Shown here: positions 38,672 to 48,721 of the stretch, in pieces
Numbering within the stretch: the first letter of the stretch is position 1
Layout of the letters: each line of letters begins with the position of its first letter
Source of the DNA: a virus
Lineage: Duplodnaviria > Caudoviricetes
Strand: one strand, 5' to 3'
DNA length: 64,000 nt
Virus record (IMG/VR): IMGVR_UViG_3300016476_001378
The notes under the pieces: model-generated
Told to the model about the DNA's origin: nothing
Databases searched by the model: none
What the model saw: the letters and a program-made list of their open reading frames with translations, nothing else
Position numbers and translations under genes: made by a program

Positions 38672-41062
38672 ATGGCAGACATTAATGAGGAATTTATTGC
38701 AGAATACGCAAGAGTTGTGGGCAATGCTTTTACGGCTATAGACAGCGGCATTGGCGATGAAAATACTCCTGGGTCAGCAATTTTTACCCTAAATCAACTT
38801 TCGTTTTTGGCAGACAGAAAGCTACCAGCTTTTGGAATTGTCCAAAACATGAATTCAACAGGATTTACAGTCACTGTAGATGAGAATGATCCTGCTTTTA
38901 TTAAAGTTAGTTCTGGTCAAATAGCCTATAAAAACAATAACATTAATGTGCCATCGCAAAGAGTTTCTATAGTAAGAACTGTTGTTGGAACTTATAACAA
39001 CACTGATGTTTATGGCATGAGAATTGGTTTCCCATATTCTGAAGCAGTTAAAACATCTGGTCAAATTTATTCTTCAGTTTTGACACAAACAACTTCAATG
39101 ACCTCAAATGTTGTTTATGTTGAAAACCCACAAAGAATTATTGATTTAGGATTCCCTATAACAGCATACATTGGCAGCAATACCTATGTGGTATTTAATG
39201 GAACAAATGCAGACAACACGGGATTCACAATAGATCCAGCAATCAATGGTGGATTTCTGCCAACAGTTTTTGATGAAGGCACTAATGTAAATTTCATTTA
39301 TGAGCCTAAAATCAAGGCCATTTACGGACTTCCAGTCCCTGTTGCATCTAATGACCCAAGTGCTTTTAAATATTATCCTAATTTGCCATCTGACTGGTTG
39401 CCCATAGCTGACATTCTAATAGAAAATCCAAATGATCCTGCTGTGGCAATTTTTGGATCAGATAATGCAATTTTAAGAACAGCTATTGATTATCCGCCAG
39501 TAAATTCAGCAACACCTATTTTTTCTGATACAGATGCACAAATTATTGCAAGCTCTATAAAGGTTGCAAAATCTCAATTAGTAAGTAACAAAGACAGAGC
39601 TTCTGTATCTGAGGCTGTAAGAGCTTTAGAAAATTACACAAGTGCCCTCCAAACAAATGCAGGATTAGGCTTTAGACAATTTTGGGGAGCAAGGCCGTTA
39701 AAGCAAACAACTTACTACAATAAGGGTGTTAGCTATGAAGGGCTTGAAAGATTTGAATTTAGTGACAATTTCTCTCAGGCATATTATGAATTGTCTGGGA
39801 GAGACACTCAGAAAACATTGGGTTTCTTTAGGGGAGATTTGTACGGCAGCCCATCTGTTATTGCTGGCAATGCTCCGAGTAGTATCACGACGGGTACAAA
39901 AGACACATTCATCGGAACAACAAGTAGTCTTACAAGAGGCACCTATACTTATGGTGTAAGTGCAGTTACTTCTGCGGGCGAAACACCAGCTACATACAAA
40001 TCTGTAATCACATCCAGTACAGGCTCTACAAATTTAAATACAATACAATGGCCTTCAGTTTCAGGGGCCCTATTTTATCATGTATACAGAAGATCAAATA
40101 CTTCTGGCGAACAAGTAGAATACAGATTAACCACACCTGGTGAGATTACCGGCACTGGTACATTTGTAAATTCTCCAGTAACACCTAACGATACTTACAG
40201 CTTGACAACATCTGGTGTGGCATTTAAAATCACACCCAGTGGCTCCACGCAATTTGGTGGCATTTTATTCCAGATGAAAGCCACAGACTATTCGCTTACA
40301 AACATCAATGATTATGTATCTGTAAAACTCTACAGCAATAATGTTTCAACATCAAAGCCGAATGCACAAGTTTTGGACTTGGGCACTGTTACATTCGGTT
40401 CAATTATCAGAAATGCAAATGGAGATTTGACAACAGACTTCCAGAAAATAATCTGCCAAGCTGATTATAAGCTAACCACAGGTAACATTTACTGGGTTGT
40501 ACTTTCATTGTCAAATGCAGCTTCCACTGGTAACATACAGATTCATGTAAATAACTCAACTGCCACAGGTCAACTTGCAACTTACTCCAGCCCAAACTGG
40601 ACACTTGTAAATAACAAGACAGCATATTATGAAGTACTAGGCTACATTGACAATGGAAGAACTGGTTCAAATGCAATTTCAAGAGGTGTTTATTTAACCG
40701 GAAAAACAACTTTGGAACCAAGGCGCTTAAGAATTTATTTACCAGAAATTGAAAGTTTCCCAACAAGGGTTAATGCTCTTTACGGCGATGGCGCAACGAC
40801 AACCGAGACCGCTATTACAAAAAATGAAATGCTGGTTACTGTTGTCGCGCAACTAGGGTCAGACACGCCTGTTACGTTGCCAACCATCACAATACCACAA
40901 GGCACACCGAGCGGTTCAAGTTTCTTACTAGGATCAGCAAGTCAAATTTTTGACAGAATTGTAGATTTAAGAGTTGTTCCTGGAGCTAATGTTGTAAGAA
41001 AAGCCCAGAATGCAATCTATTGGTCTAAGTATGATACATTTGTAGTGGAGAATATTCCATAA
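38672..41062 (+). CDS. Virion structural protein with FN3-like and beta-sandwich domains, 796 aa
   Basis: TYTYGVSAVTSAGET..IQWPSVSGALFYHVYRR and LTTGNIYWVVL. SD GAGGT. Confidence 0.7.
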   Translation: MADINEEFIAEYARVVGNAFTAIDSGIGDENTPGSAIFTLNQLSFLADRKLPAFGIVQNMNSTGFTVTVDENDPAFIKVSSGQIAYKNNNINVPSQRVSIVRTVVGTYNNTDVYGMRIGFPYSEAVKTSGQIYSSVLTQTTSMTSNVVYVENPQRIIDLGFPITAYIGSNTYVVFNGTNADNTGFTIDPAINGGFLPTVFDEGTNVNFIYEPKIKAIYGLPVPVASNDPSAFKYYPNLPSDWLPIADILIENPNDPAVAIFGSDNAILRTAIDYPPVNSATPIFSDTDAQIIASSIKVAKSQLVSNKDRASVSEAVRALENYTSALQTNAGLGFRQFWGARPLKQTTYYNKGVSYEGLERFEFSDNFSQAYYELSGRDTQKTLGFFRGDLYGSPSVIAGNAPSSITTGTKDTFIGTTSSLTRGTYTYGVSAVTSAGETPATYKSVITSSTGSTNLNTIQWPSVSGALFYHVYRRSNTSGEQVEYRLTTPGEITGTGTFVNSPVTPNDTYSLTTSGVAFKITPSGSTQFGGILFQMKATDYSLTNINDYVSVKLYSNNVSTSKPNAQVLDLGTVTFGSIIRNANGDLTTDFQKIICQADYKLTTGNIYWVVLSLSNAASTGNIQIHVNNSTATGQLATYSSPNWTLVNNKTAYYEVLGYIDNGRTGSNAISRGVYLTGKTTLEPRRLRIYLPEIESFPTRVNALYGDGATTTETAITKNEMLVTVVAQLGSDTPVTLPTITIPQGTPSGSSFLLGSASQIFDRIVDLRVVPGANVVRKAQNAIYWSKYDTFVVENIP

Positions 41063-42411
41063 TGCCCGATTACAATGAATTTACATCTGGTTTTGGGATA
41101 CCGCATTTAGGCAGTGGCTTCAATGATGTTGTAGCCTTTGTTTTTGATTCTCCAAGAGAAACGTCTGTCAATGCCACTGCTAATTCCATTGATGCAAAAA
41201 ACATTTTAGAAACAAAAAATTTTAATTTTGCAATAAATCAAAAATCAGTTTCTGGCGACAGGTATGCAGGCGAAGGCGCAGACCAAAGCATGCTTTCTAT
41301 AGGCAATGTTTCCTTAAGTGCATCTTTGACAACACCATTGTTTCAAAGCCAAACCGGATGGGTTACTCCTATTTTTGCAACTCTCTGGGATAGAACAAAG
41401 TTATCCTGGTGGGGGACTGCAGGGGCATGTAAAGGTAATTTAATAACCAACGCCTCTTCTGGCGCAACCTATTTAGAAACAGATAACATTTCTGATTTTG
41501 CTTCGCTTCCAACGCCTTTTAATTTAAATATCCTAACAGATACAGAAACGCCCGAAACTGTTATTGTTTCTTCAGTAACCAAGGCAACAAGAAGATTAAA
41601 CTTAAGCAGCCCTACTGTTAATGCTCATACAGCATCTGAAACAACACTTGCTTGCCTGCCTTATAATTTAACAAACGGCCCAATAAGAGAACCAGCATTT
41701 TCATTAATGTCACTCAGAGAAGGTATGCTGTCTCCATGCCTTGTGGATAAAATGACTATAACAGCAAATGCTGGAGAGCCAGTACAAATAGAAATGTCAT
41801 TTAAGGCTTTGAACATTTATCGCGACAGACAGATGGACATGAACAATAGAAAGCAAGAATTAATTTCAAATGCCTTTTCCATTCATGACCCAAATAGAAT
41901 AATAAATGGAACTATGGTTAGATTGTCACTATCTAGTTATAATTCTGGCAATTTTGGATTACCAACAGCGCTTGGGGATCAAATTTTGGCTGGCTTTCAA
42001 GGGTTGCAAATAAATGATTTTACCATAACAGGTGTAACACTTACAATTGAAAATCAATTAAAAGAAATTTATACTTCGCATTCTATAAATAGAGATGTAC
42101 AATTAAGAAGAAGAGAAAATACCTACCCTTATGCTTTGGCTTCAGAGGGAAGAATAATTTCTGGTAAAATAAGGTATAGATCACCTATAGATTTCTGGAG
42201 CAACTTTGAAAAAATAGCGGGCCCCAGTTCTATTAATGGTGGTGGTCTCTTAATAGATTTTGGTTCATTCAGCATAACTATGAATGAAATAGCATGGCAG
42301 CCTTCTACAAGTGAAGGAAACATGACTTCCCAAAATAGAGAGATTAGTTTCACTATGATTGCAGAAAATAGAAACGCTATGCCTGTACTTGATTTTTCTC
42401 AGCAGGGATAA
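41062..42411 (+). CDS. Tail-tube-like protein 1 with an inserted accessory domain, 449 aa
   Basis: Tube-fold patterns CLVDKMTITANAGEPVQIEMSFKA and ITGVTLTIENQL...EGRIISGKIRY. Confidence 0.6.
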   Translation: MPDYNEFTSGFGIPHLGSGFNDVVAFVFDSPRETSVNATANSIDAKNILETKNFNFAINQKSVSGDRYAGEGADQSMLSIGNVSLSASLTTPLFQSQTGWVTPIFATLWDRTKLSWWGTAGACKGNLITNASSGATYLETDNISDFASLPTPFNLNILTDTETPETVIVSSVTKATRRLNLSSPTVNAHTASETTLACLPYNLTNGPIREPAFSLMSLREGMLSPCLVDKMTITANAGEPVQIEMSFKALNIYRDRQMDMNNRKQELISNAFSIHDPNRIINGTMVRLSLSSYNSGNFGLPTALGDQILAGFQGLQINDFTITGVTLTIENQLKEIYTSHSINRDVQLRRRENTYPYALASEGRIISGKIRYRSPIDFWSNFEKIAGPSSINGGGLLIDFGSFSITMNEIAWQPSTSEGNMTSQNREISFTMIAENRNAMPVLDFSQQG

Positions 42412-42420
42412 AAAGTTAAA

Positions 42421-42837
42421 ATGTCAATATTTGTAGATCCACAAGCAACATTCAGAGTTATTGTTAAATTCAAAGAAATTAAGAATGAAGACGGTGACGT
42501 TGTAGGCCTTAGCATTTTGGCAGACAATACAGAAGATGAAGAGGCGCTTGATTGTGTGTGTGAGGCAAAAGGAAGAGATTTTGATAACATGTCTGCTGTA
42601 ATGGAAGCATGTACAGCTATTAACCATACAAATGGCAAGCCAGTTATTCAAATTTCTAAATTCTGCAAAATGATTATTATGAGATTTTTTGTATCTTGGA
42701 ACATTTTTGAATCAGACGCATCCAATGAGCCTCTTCCAATAAATGCAGAAAACATTGGTAATGTACATTATAAAATCGTCAGAGCTTTAGCTAGAAAATG
42801 GTTATTGATGACTGACGGAAAAATCGGAATGCAATAA
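42421..42837 (+). CDS. Putative tail assembly chaperone 1
   Basis: Small acidic protein directly after the tube-like gene. FFVSWNI..PLPINAENI motif resembles tail chaperones. Confidence 0.5.
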   Translation: MSIFVDPQATFRVIVKFKEIKNEDGDVVGLSILADNTEDEEALDCVCEAKGRDFDNMSAVMEACTAINHTNGKPVIQISKFCKMIIMRFFVSWNIFESDASNEPLPINAENIGNVHYKIVRALARKWLLMTDGKIGMQ

Positions 42838-43988
42838 TGGCCAACAACGAACTAATTTTATTAAGATCCGCTTCATTTGAACAGATTTTTATTATGTCTT
42901 TAACTGATAAAAATCCTAACATTTGGAGAGAACCTGATCAGTTAAGGGTTCAATCTAAAATTAGAGGCCCCCTTTTAGATCAATATGTTTGGAATCTTTA
43001 CGATTTAGCAAACAGTACATCTACTAAATTTATAGATAATTTTGGTATTATTCCAGCAGATGATGAAAATTGGCATGTTGTTTTTGCCGAAAGTTTTAAA
43101 GATGATGTTGGAGCTCAATACATCTCATCTGTAGATACATTTAATCCAGTTTCAACATTTACGCATCCTAATTCTGCCAAATTAGTTACTATTCCTAGAT
43201 TGGAATTTTTTCCTATAATCACATCAAATCCAGAAGTAACAACAACAAACGCTTCAAATAAAATTATTTATAACTGCTGTGTATACCCAGCTTATCCCGT
43301 TGTGTTTGCATCTTCAATTGCGTCAAATACACATTATGGCCCTGTTTTTGCTAATAAAATTTCTATTTCCATAAATGAAAAGCAACCAGTTAGAATAGGT
43401 TTAGACTTTGTAGGTGGAAAAAGTTTAAAACCAGATAGAAAAGAACAAGTTGCTCTTACTGCAAATGATTATTATAGAACATTGAGTTTTTATGATTTCT
43501 CGTATGCTTACCAAGTATTTGATACAGAAGCAGACTTTTTAGATTTTTATAAAAATAGCACAGCTCAATCTAGAAGCACAGCAGAAAGAATTATTGATGT
43601 CAGATTAGAGATAGATAATAAATACGAATTTACTGCTACTGCAAGAAATCTAAATAAAACATCATTTAATTCAATTGAGCAGGGCCCTAAATTTATTCAA
43701 TTGCGTGAACGATCTGTTTTTGGTTCAATTACATATATTTCGGATAGCCCAGATTTCGTCGTCCCAAACTCTAATGCTTTAACATTTCATTTTGGTGACA
43801 TATTTTATTTCCCTATGGAAAAAGTTTATTGGCAGAAGCACAAAGTTGATGTTACAGCTGCAAAAAATTACACGCACACTTTTGAATTCATAGCTGTCGC
43901 TGTAGATTTAGCTGTATCAAATGGTTTTAAATCATCAACTAAAAACATGTATGTGTCTGAGTTTAAAGTACCAACCCCAGGAGCTTAA
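42837..43988 (+). CDS. Tail-tube-like protein 2 (divergent paralogue), 383 aa
   Basis: FANKISISINEKQPVRIGLDFVG and IIDVRLEIDNKY...RERSVFGSITY parallel the motifs of 41062..42411. Confidence 0.5.
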   Translation: MANNELILLRSASFEQIFIMSLTDKNPNIWREPDQLRVQSKIRGPLLDQYVWNLYDLANSTSTKFIDNFGIIPADDENWHVVFAESFKDDVGAQYISSVDTFNPVSTFTHPNSAKLVTIPRLEFFPIITSNPEVTTTNASNKIIYNCCVYPAYPVVFASSIASNTHYGPVFANKISISINEKQPVRIGLDFVGGKSLKPDRKEQVALTANDYYRTLSFYDFSYAYQVFDTEADFLDFYKNSTAQSRSTAERIIDVRLEIDNKYEFTATARNLNKTSFNSIEQGPKFIQLRERSVFGSITYISDSPDFVVPNSNALTFHFGDIFYFPMEKVYWQKHKVDVTAAKNYTHTFEFIAVAVDLAVSNGFKSSTKNMYVSEFKVPTPGA

Positions 43989-43991
43989 ATT

Positions 43992-44765
43992 ATGGAAAAT
44001 GATGACATGCTTCCGTTTAACTTTAACTTAAGTGATGACGACTTTGTTGAACTTGGTTATGATGATGAAACGGTTGATGATTGGATTAAAAATTTACCAG
44101 AACTCAATAAAAAGAAACATGAATTCTTAATTAAGGTTGACTGGGAAGAAACTAGTGAAATTTATGTAGCTGTAAGAGAACTCTATTGGCATGAGATGAT
44201 GGATGCAGAAGCCCATGCTTTTAGAATGAAAGATGCAGAAGAAATGTATCTTGCTGGCGAACATGAAAGAAGAGAGATTCTTAAGAAGGCCTTGTTGTGG
44301 GTCGCAGTTATCCCAGAGTGCGAATTTGATAATAATGAAGATGGAATGATTTTATCAAGGTTAAACTTTGATGTTGTCGAATCTATCTGGGCAGAATATC
44401 AATCTAAAATTTATTTAGGGGCCACAGAAGCCTCTGCTCTTTACAATGCTGCTGTTAAATACTTCAATGGTGAAGCTCAAACAAACAGTCCTGTACCATC
44501 TATCATTGTTGAAGTGGACATGATGTTAAAATTTGGGGGCCTTTCAAGAAAAGAGTTAAGAAAATTAACTTCCATTGAAATGGAAAAAATGCAAACTGTA
44601 TTTATGGCAAGATCTGAAGCTTTGGGATTTGCAAATAGAAAATCTACAGTTTCTGTGCCACAAAGTAATAAAGAAACTGATGCAGAAGATTACTCTGAGT
44701 GGAAATCTACACTACCGCCAGGGATGGACGAAATGGCAGGACAGTTTATGCAACCATGGGATTAA
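43992..44765 (+). CDS. Putative tail assembly chaperone 2 (G+T-like single frame), 257 aa
   Basis: Acidic. VRELYWHEMMDAE early and a gpT-like KFGGLSRKELRKLTSIEM late. Confidence 0.4.
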   Translation: MENDDMLPFNFNLSDDDFVELGYDDETVDDWIKNLPELNKKKHEFLIKVDWEETSEIYVAVRELYWHEMMDAEAHAFRMKDAEEMYLAGEHERREILKKALLWVAVIPECEFDNNEDGMILSRLNFDVVESIWAEYQSKIYLGATEASALYNAAVKYFNGEAQTNSPVPSIIVEVDMMLKFGGLSRKELRKLTSIEMEKMQTVFMARSEALGFANRKSTVSVPQSNKETDAEDYSEWKSTLPPGMDEMAGQFMQPWD

Positions 44766-44767
44766 GC

Positions 44768-44795
44768 AGGTCTGAGGCCCCTAAAAGTATAAACA
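44768..44795 (+). promoter_or_regulatory. AGG-class promoter candidate
   Basis: GCAGGT-N18-TAAACA upstream of 44816. Confidence 0.5.
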
Positions 44796-44815
44796 ATGAG
44801 TAGAGGTTCTACAAT

Positions 44816-45136
44816 TTGAGTCCCGAAGAAGCGATCAAACTACTAAGAGAACATGCATTGGAATTAATTGAATTCCATGGTAAAATGAGTGCGTTTGACC
44901 ATTTGAATCCAGAAGAATCACAAACTGTTTTATCATTGTGCCTTTATTTAATAGAAGAATTAGCTGAAAATAGGTGGTTCACTTCAGAAATTATTGAAAG
45001 ATATGATTCTGGTGATCCACCTATTTTTATGCCACACGATGCTAACAATTTTAAAATAGTAAATGAAAAAGAGGACCTAGATCTCTCCAGGCCCCCTTTT
45101 GATTATGATTTCTTTTCTAATTTGAAGGATTTATAA
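44816..45136 (+). CDS. Hypothetical protein, 106 aa
   Basis: TTG start with SD GAGGT. 3' end overlaps the convergent gene by 20 nt. Confidence 0.65.
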   Translation: MSPEEAIKLLREHALELIEFHGKMSAFDHLNPEESQTVLSLCLYLIEELAENRWFTSEIIERYDSGDPPIFMPHDANNFKIVNEKEDLDLSRPPFDYDFFSNLKDL

Positions 45137-45581
45137 ATTTATCAGCGTCAGTTCCAAGAACTTCAACGCCAAGCTGTCCTAAAAGCTCTGCAAAATTTTT
45201 ACCCTCAGGAGTGTCTACAGCTTCAGTCTTTTGTTCTTCTGTAGTCTCTTCTGTAGCAGGTTCTTCTGTAGCCATTTCATCAGCTGGTTCTTCTGCTTGC
45301 TGTTCTTTTTCTTCTGGAGTCATTAACTCTTCAGGGATTTGTGGAGTTTGCATGTCTTCTGCAATTTTTAATAAATGGTTGGCAGTGACATAGTCATCTC
45401 TAAACATAAGTTCAGCAGCCATTTTTGTGAAATGTACATTGATGTCAAAATTATCAACATTAGATGAAAGAGCTATTCTTCTTGCTAAATCATTAAGGGT
45501 GTTGCTAATTCTATATTGACCAGAATTGGCACTTTTTTCTGCCATCTGTAGTATGTTATCAACAGCTGCTTTCCTATTCAT
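45117..45581 (-). CDS. Hypothetical acidic protein with two helical-hairpin repeats, 154 aa
   Basis: SD GGAG, own promoter motif, E-rich tail. Confidence 0.7.
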   Translation of the reverse strand: MNRKAAVDNILQMAEKSANSGQYRISNTLNDLARRIALSSNVDNFDINVHFTKMAAELMFRDDYVTANHLLKIAEDMQTPQIPEELMTPEEKEQQAEEPADEMATEEPATEETTEEQKTEAVDTPEGKNFAELLGQLGVEVLGTDADKFINPSN

Positions 45582-45611
45582 CTTATTACTCCAAAAACAT
45601 TCTTAATAGTA

Positions 45612-45639
45612 ATTTTACAGACAAATAAGAAAAAGTCCT
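45612..45639 (-). promoter_or_regulatory. AGG-class promoter candidate
   Basis: AGGA-N18-TAAAAT upstream of 45581, overlapping the terminator arm. Confidence 0.45.
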
Positions 45640-45663
45640 CTAATTTAAATTTAGAGGACTTTT
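45631..45663. terminator. Bidirectional intrinsic terminator
   Basis: aaaagtcctctaa-tttaaat-ttagaggactttt perfect inverted repeat. Confidence 0.75.
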
Positions 45664-45670
45664 AACATTC

Positions 45671-46540
45671 TTAAATTAGGAATTTAGAAGGAGTTTCTTT
45701 TCTAAGATTGCCTTCAAATTTTGAATAAACAGCAATCTTAACAGCATGAATAATGGGGCCAATTTTTGGTAATCCCGCTTCATCAAAACCAAGCCAGCCA
45801 GATGCGTCCATTTCTGTTTCTTTGCTATCTGTTCTAACTTCAACATCCATTCCAGACATTAGACAAAGTTTTTCCATGGCTTTAATTAATGCTGACTTTT
45901 GCTCTTCGGCATTTTTAAATTCACTAACCATTTCTTGGATCTTGGCAGTTTCTTCAGGATTTTTAATAACAACAAAGGGACAGGTCTCCCAAAGCAAAGC
46001 CAAATCCCATCTTCCCATAACCCTATTGAGATAGCTTACAGAACCATCGCTAGGATTAGTTAAGCCACATTCTGGAGTGTCTTGTAATTTCTTTTTAATC
46101 GATTTAAGTTCAGTCTCAATAAAAGCTCTATAAAGCTTCAACTCGTGTGAAATCATTTGATTGACTTCAGTATAGTTTCTTGCTTGAACAGAAAGAGAAA
46201 ATTTGCTGTAAATCTGAGCGGTTTCATCATGCGTATCAATTATTAAATCTATACATTCGTCACACGTTAATTCTTTTTCATCTAAAAGAATCTTATCTGC
46301 CTCTTTGACATAAAATTCATAAGACTTTAACGGATGATCCATGTATACTACCAAATCAAAATCATTTTCTTCTTTTGGCAATAATTCAAATGGAAGGGGC
46401 CTAAAATTATTAATCAGGCCTAAAATAGCAATTTTCTTAGACAGAATTTGCGCTGTTTGGAAAAGCTCGATGTTGGCCTCTATCCAAGTTGAAACCTGTT
46501 CAACCAATTCGGCTTCTGTAAGTTTTTTGTTAGTACTCAT
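45671..46540 (-). CDS. Hypothetical protein, 289 aa
   Basis: Long ORF preceded by TTTTGTATAAT. No family recognised. Confidence 0.7.
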   Translation of the reverse strand: MSTNKKLTEAELVEQVSTWIEANIELFQTAQILSKKIAILGLINNFRPLPFELLPKEENDFDLVVYMDHPLKSYEFYVKEADKILLDEKELTCDECIDLIIDTHDETAQIYSKFSLSVQARNYTEVNQMISHELKLYRAFIETELKSIKKKLQDTPECGLTNPSDGSVSYLNRVMGRWDLALLWETCPFVVIKNPEETAKIQEMVSEFKNAEEQKSALIKAMEKLCLMSGMDVEVRTDSKETEMDASGWLGFDEAGLPKIGPIIHAVKIAVYSKFEGNLRKETPSKFLI

Positions 46541-46575
46541 TTGTAATCAATTATACAAAATAAAGAAGCAATAAA

Positions 46576-47727
46576 TTACTTAAGCGCTTCTTCAATTTGC
46601 ATGCTTTTCTTTAGCAATCTATAACGCAATTTTTGATAACCAACTTTACAACGTGAATCTTGAGACCAAGCTAAAATACTTTTTTCTTCACCATCCAATG
46701 TAAATAAATGAGTTTTTTTCTTAGAATCTGGATTAACCCAAAGGGTTTTACCTTTATCTGGTATTACAGTCATGGCAATTTCTGGAGATACATTCCTCCT
46801 AAACAGACGATCATATAATGTATTTTTGTCCACAATACACCTTTCATCTTTAAGCCAGTCCAGATAGTGCTTGTTTTCACCCCAGGCTTCAACATATAAT
46901 CTGGAACGCAAATCTCTGTTATCTTCCTTGATGTGAGTAATATTATCTAAAATTGGTCTGATGCTACATCTGTTTACATTATATTTCAAAGATAACTCAT
47001 TGGGATTTAATCCGTTCTCATAATCATTTCTAATTTTTTCTGCAAGCTCAAAGTCAACCTTAACTGTTTGCTCTAAATAATCATCTTTATCGATATAATC
47101 AGAATAAATGTCATATTTTCTTTTGAGCCTTGTTTCTTCCGTGCTATCTTTGTATATCCAGTCTAAAAATGATTTTGTATGATTGGAACCAGTATATATT
47201 AATTCAAAATAAGTAATGTTGTCTTTGATTGATCCGCATTCTGCACCATAATGTTTTTCAAATTCTTTCTTGAGCCTTTCTATAAAAGGCAAAGTACTTA
47301 CAATTTTTACTATCAATTTTTTATCATTTGGATTGTGTGCCTGAGCCAAGCCTACGTGACCATCTCCATCAAAATATCCTCTTACAAAATGAGAAATGTA
47401 TTGTTCTGGAATTTGCTCTATCCATTTTAGATCTTGAGATTTGTGGCGCGTTAAACCAAAATTCATTAAATCTTTAGTAATTTCTTGGGATGTAATGACC
47501 ATTTGCACACTATTAGTTTTTTTACAGTAATATAAAGGCCCATCATAATCAATGAAACTTATTATTTTTTTTAAAATATAATCATCTTTACTGTGTATTT
47601 GTATTTGTATTTTGTTTTTAGATGTTGCCAAATGTCCATCAGCACAAAAAAATCCCAAAACATAAGCCATTTCATTAGACCATTGCTTGAAATAATTATG
47701 ATTTTTATTATATTTATTATTTCTCAT
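46576..47727 (-). mobile_element. Free-standing double-motif LAGLIDADG homing endonuclease gene
   Basis: AYVLGFFCADGH and HFVRGYFDGDGH motifs, C-terminal HTH-like segment and two repeats. More AT-rich than the adjacent capsid gene. Confidence 0.88.
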
Positions 47728-47767
47728 GATTAAATTATCTATTTTTAAATACTATAATAATAAATTG

Positions 47768-47802
47768 CAAAATAATAGGGGGAGAAAATCTCCCCCTATT
47801 AT
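47768..47802 (-). terminator. Intrinsic terminator after the major capsid gene
   Basis: ataatagggggaga-aaa-tctccccctattat inverted repeat with a T run on the minus strand. Confidence 0.85.
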
Positions 47803-47820
47803 AGTAAACCAGACTCTGGT

Positions 47821-48681
47821 CTAGCTAACTGTGATTCTTGCTACAGCGTAATCGTTGATTACTGCGAAGCCGAGTTCCTCGAAGATAACCCAGCCGAGGC
47901 GGAGTCTCTTTGGATCGTCTGCAGGAAGAACGGTGATGTCCTGGCGAACAGGCATAGCACCAACGAACTGTGCAGGAGCGAGGACGTATACAGCGTTCTT
48001 AGGAACCATTGTGCTGACGTGGATGTCAGCGCTGTAGAGGTGGCCGTAAAGACCAGTCATGAGGATATCGCGTTGGGTTGCTTCATCGAAGAAGTCCTTA
48101 CCCCACATACGAACATCCTTGTAGCGCTGAGGATGCATAACAATCTTAGCACCGATTAACTCATGCTCTTCGATCAATGTCAACGCGAGGTTGATATTGT
48201 CTGGTTGAAGAGTACCAGTTACGGAGATGCTGTGGTCAGCAGGAACTGCAGCATTGATGACGCTGAATACTTCAACGTCTTCTTGGCGCTGGAGGGAATC
48301 CTTAGCACGGACCTGTGCACGGTCAACGATGTAATATCTTCTCTGGCGAATTTCGTTCAACTTGATTGTGGGGTTGGAAGCGATCTCGATAACTGGAACG
48401 AGAAGTTCTTCTGCTTCAACAACGTGTGTTGGAACGGAACCGCGCTTAGGGATAACAGCAGACTTAACTGCGATATCTCTCTCGTAGCGTGGAAGAGCAC
48501 CCTGTGGGAGCTCATCAACCATCAAAAGTTTGCGGCCAATAGCCTGGTACATGAGGGAAGTCTTGATTGGCTCAACCATTGCCTGTGCAAGTGCAACACG
48601 GCCTTCGGCTGTTTCAAGAGCTGCAGCGATTACGGCTTCCTTCTGCTCATTTACGCTTTTTGCGTTCTTAACAATACTCAT
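47821..48681 (-). CDS. Major capsid protein, HK97 fold, short (286 aa) type resembling that of Bacillus phage G
   Basis: GRKLLMVDELPQGALPRYERD E-loop, IVDRAQVRAKDSLQRQED spine helix, IVMHPQRY and GWVIFEELGFAVIN. SD AAGGAG, biased codons, position after scaffold and decoration genes. Confidence 0.9.
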   Translation of the reverse strand: MSIVKNAKSVNEQKEAVIAAALETAEGRVALAQAMVEPIKTSLMYQAIGRKLLMVDELPQGALPRYERDIAVKSAVIPKRGSVPTHVVEAEELLVPVIEIASNPTIKLNEIRQRRYYIVDRAQVRAKDSLQRQEDVEVFSVINAAVPADHSISVTGTLQPDNINLALTLIEEHELIGAKIVMHPQRYKDVRMWGKDFFDEATQRDILMTGLYGHLYSADIHVSTMVPKNAVYVLAPAQFVGAMPVRQDITVLPADDPKRLRLGWVIFEELGFAVINDYAVARITVS

Positions 48682-48721
48682 TTTTAATTATTCTCCTTAA
48701 GATTTGGATCGTAATCACCTA

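Noticed and set aside
42780-42840. Classical G/GT frameshift at the end of chaperone 1
   Set aside because: I found no convincing in-frame slippery heptamer, and the next gene has its own TAATG-coupled start.
46576-47820. Group I intron or intein associated with the LAGLIDADG gene
   Set aside because: The capsid gene ends normally before a terminator, the endonuclease has its own ATG and stop, and no split host gene or splice motifs are visible.
47821-48681. Encapsulin interpretation of the short HK97-fold protein
   Set aside because: It is flanked by portal, protease, scaffold, decoration and tail genes, so it is a phage capsid protein.
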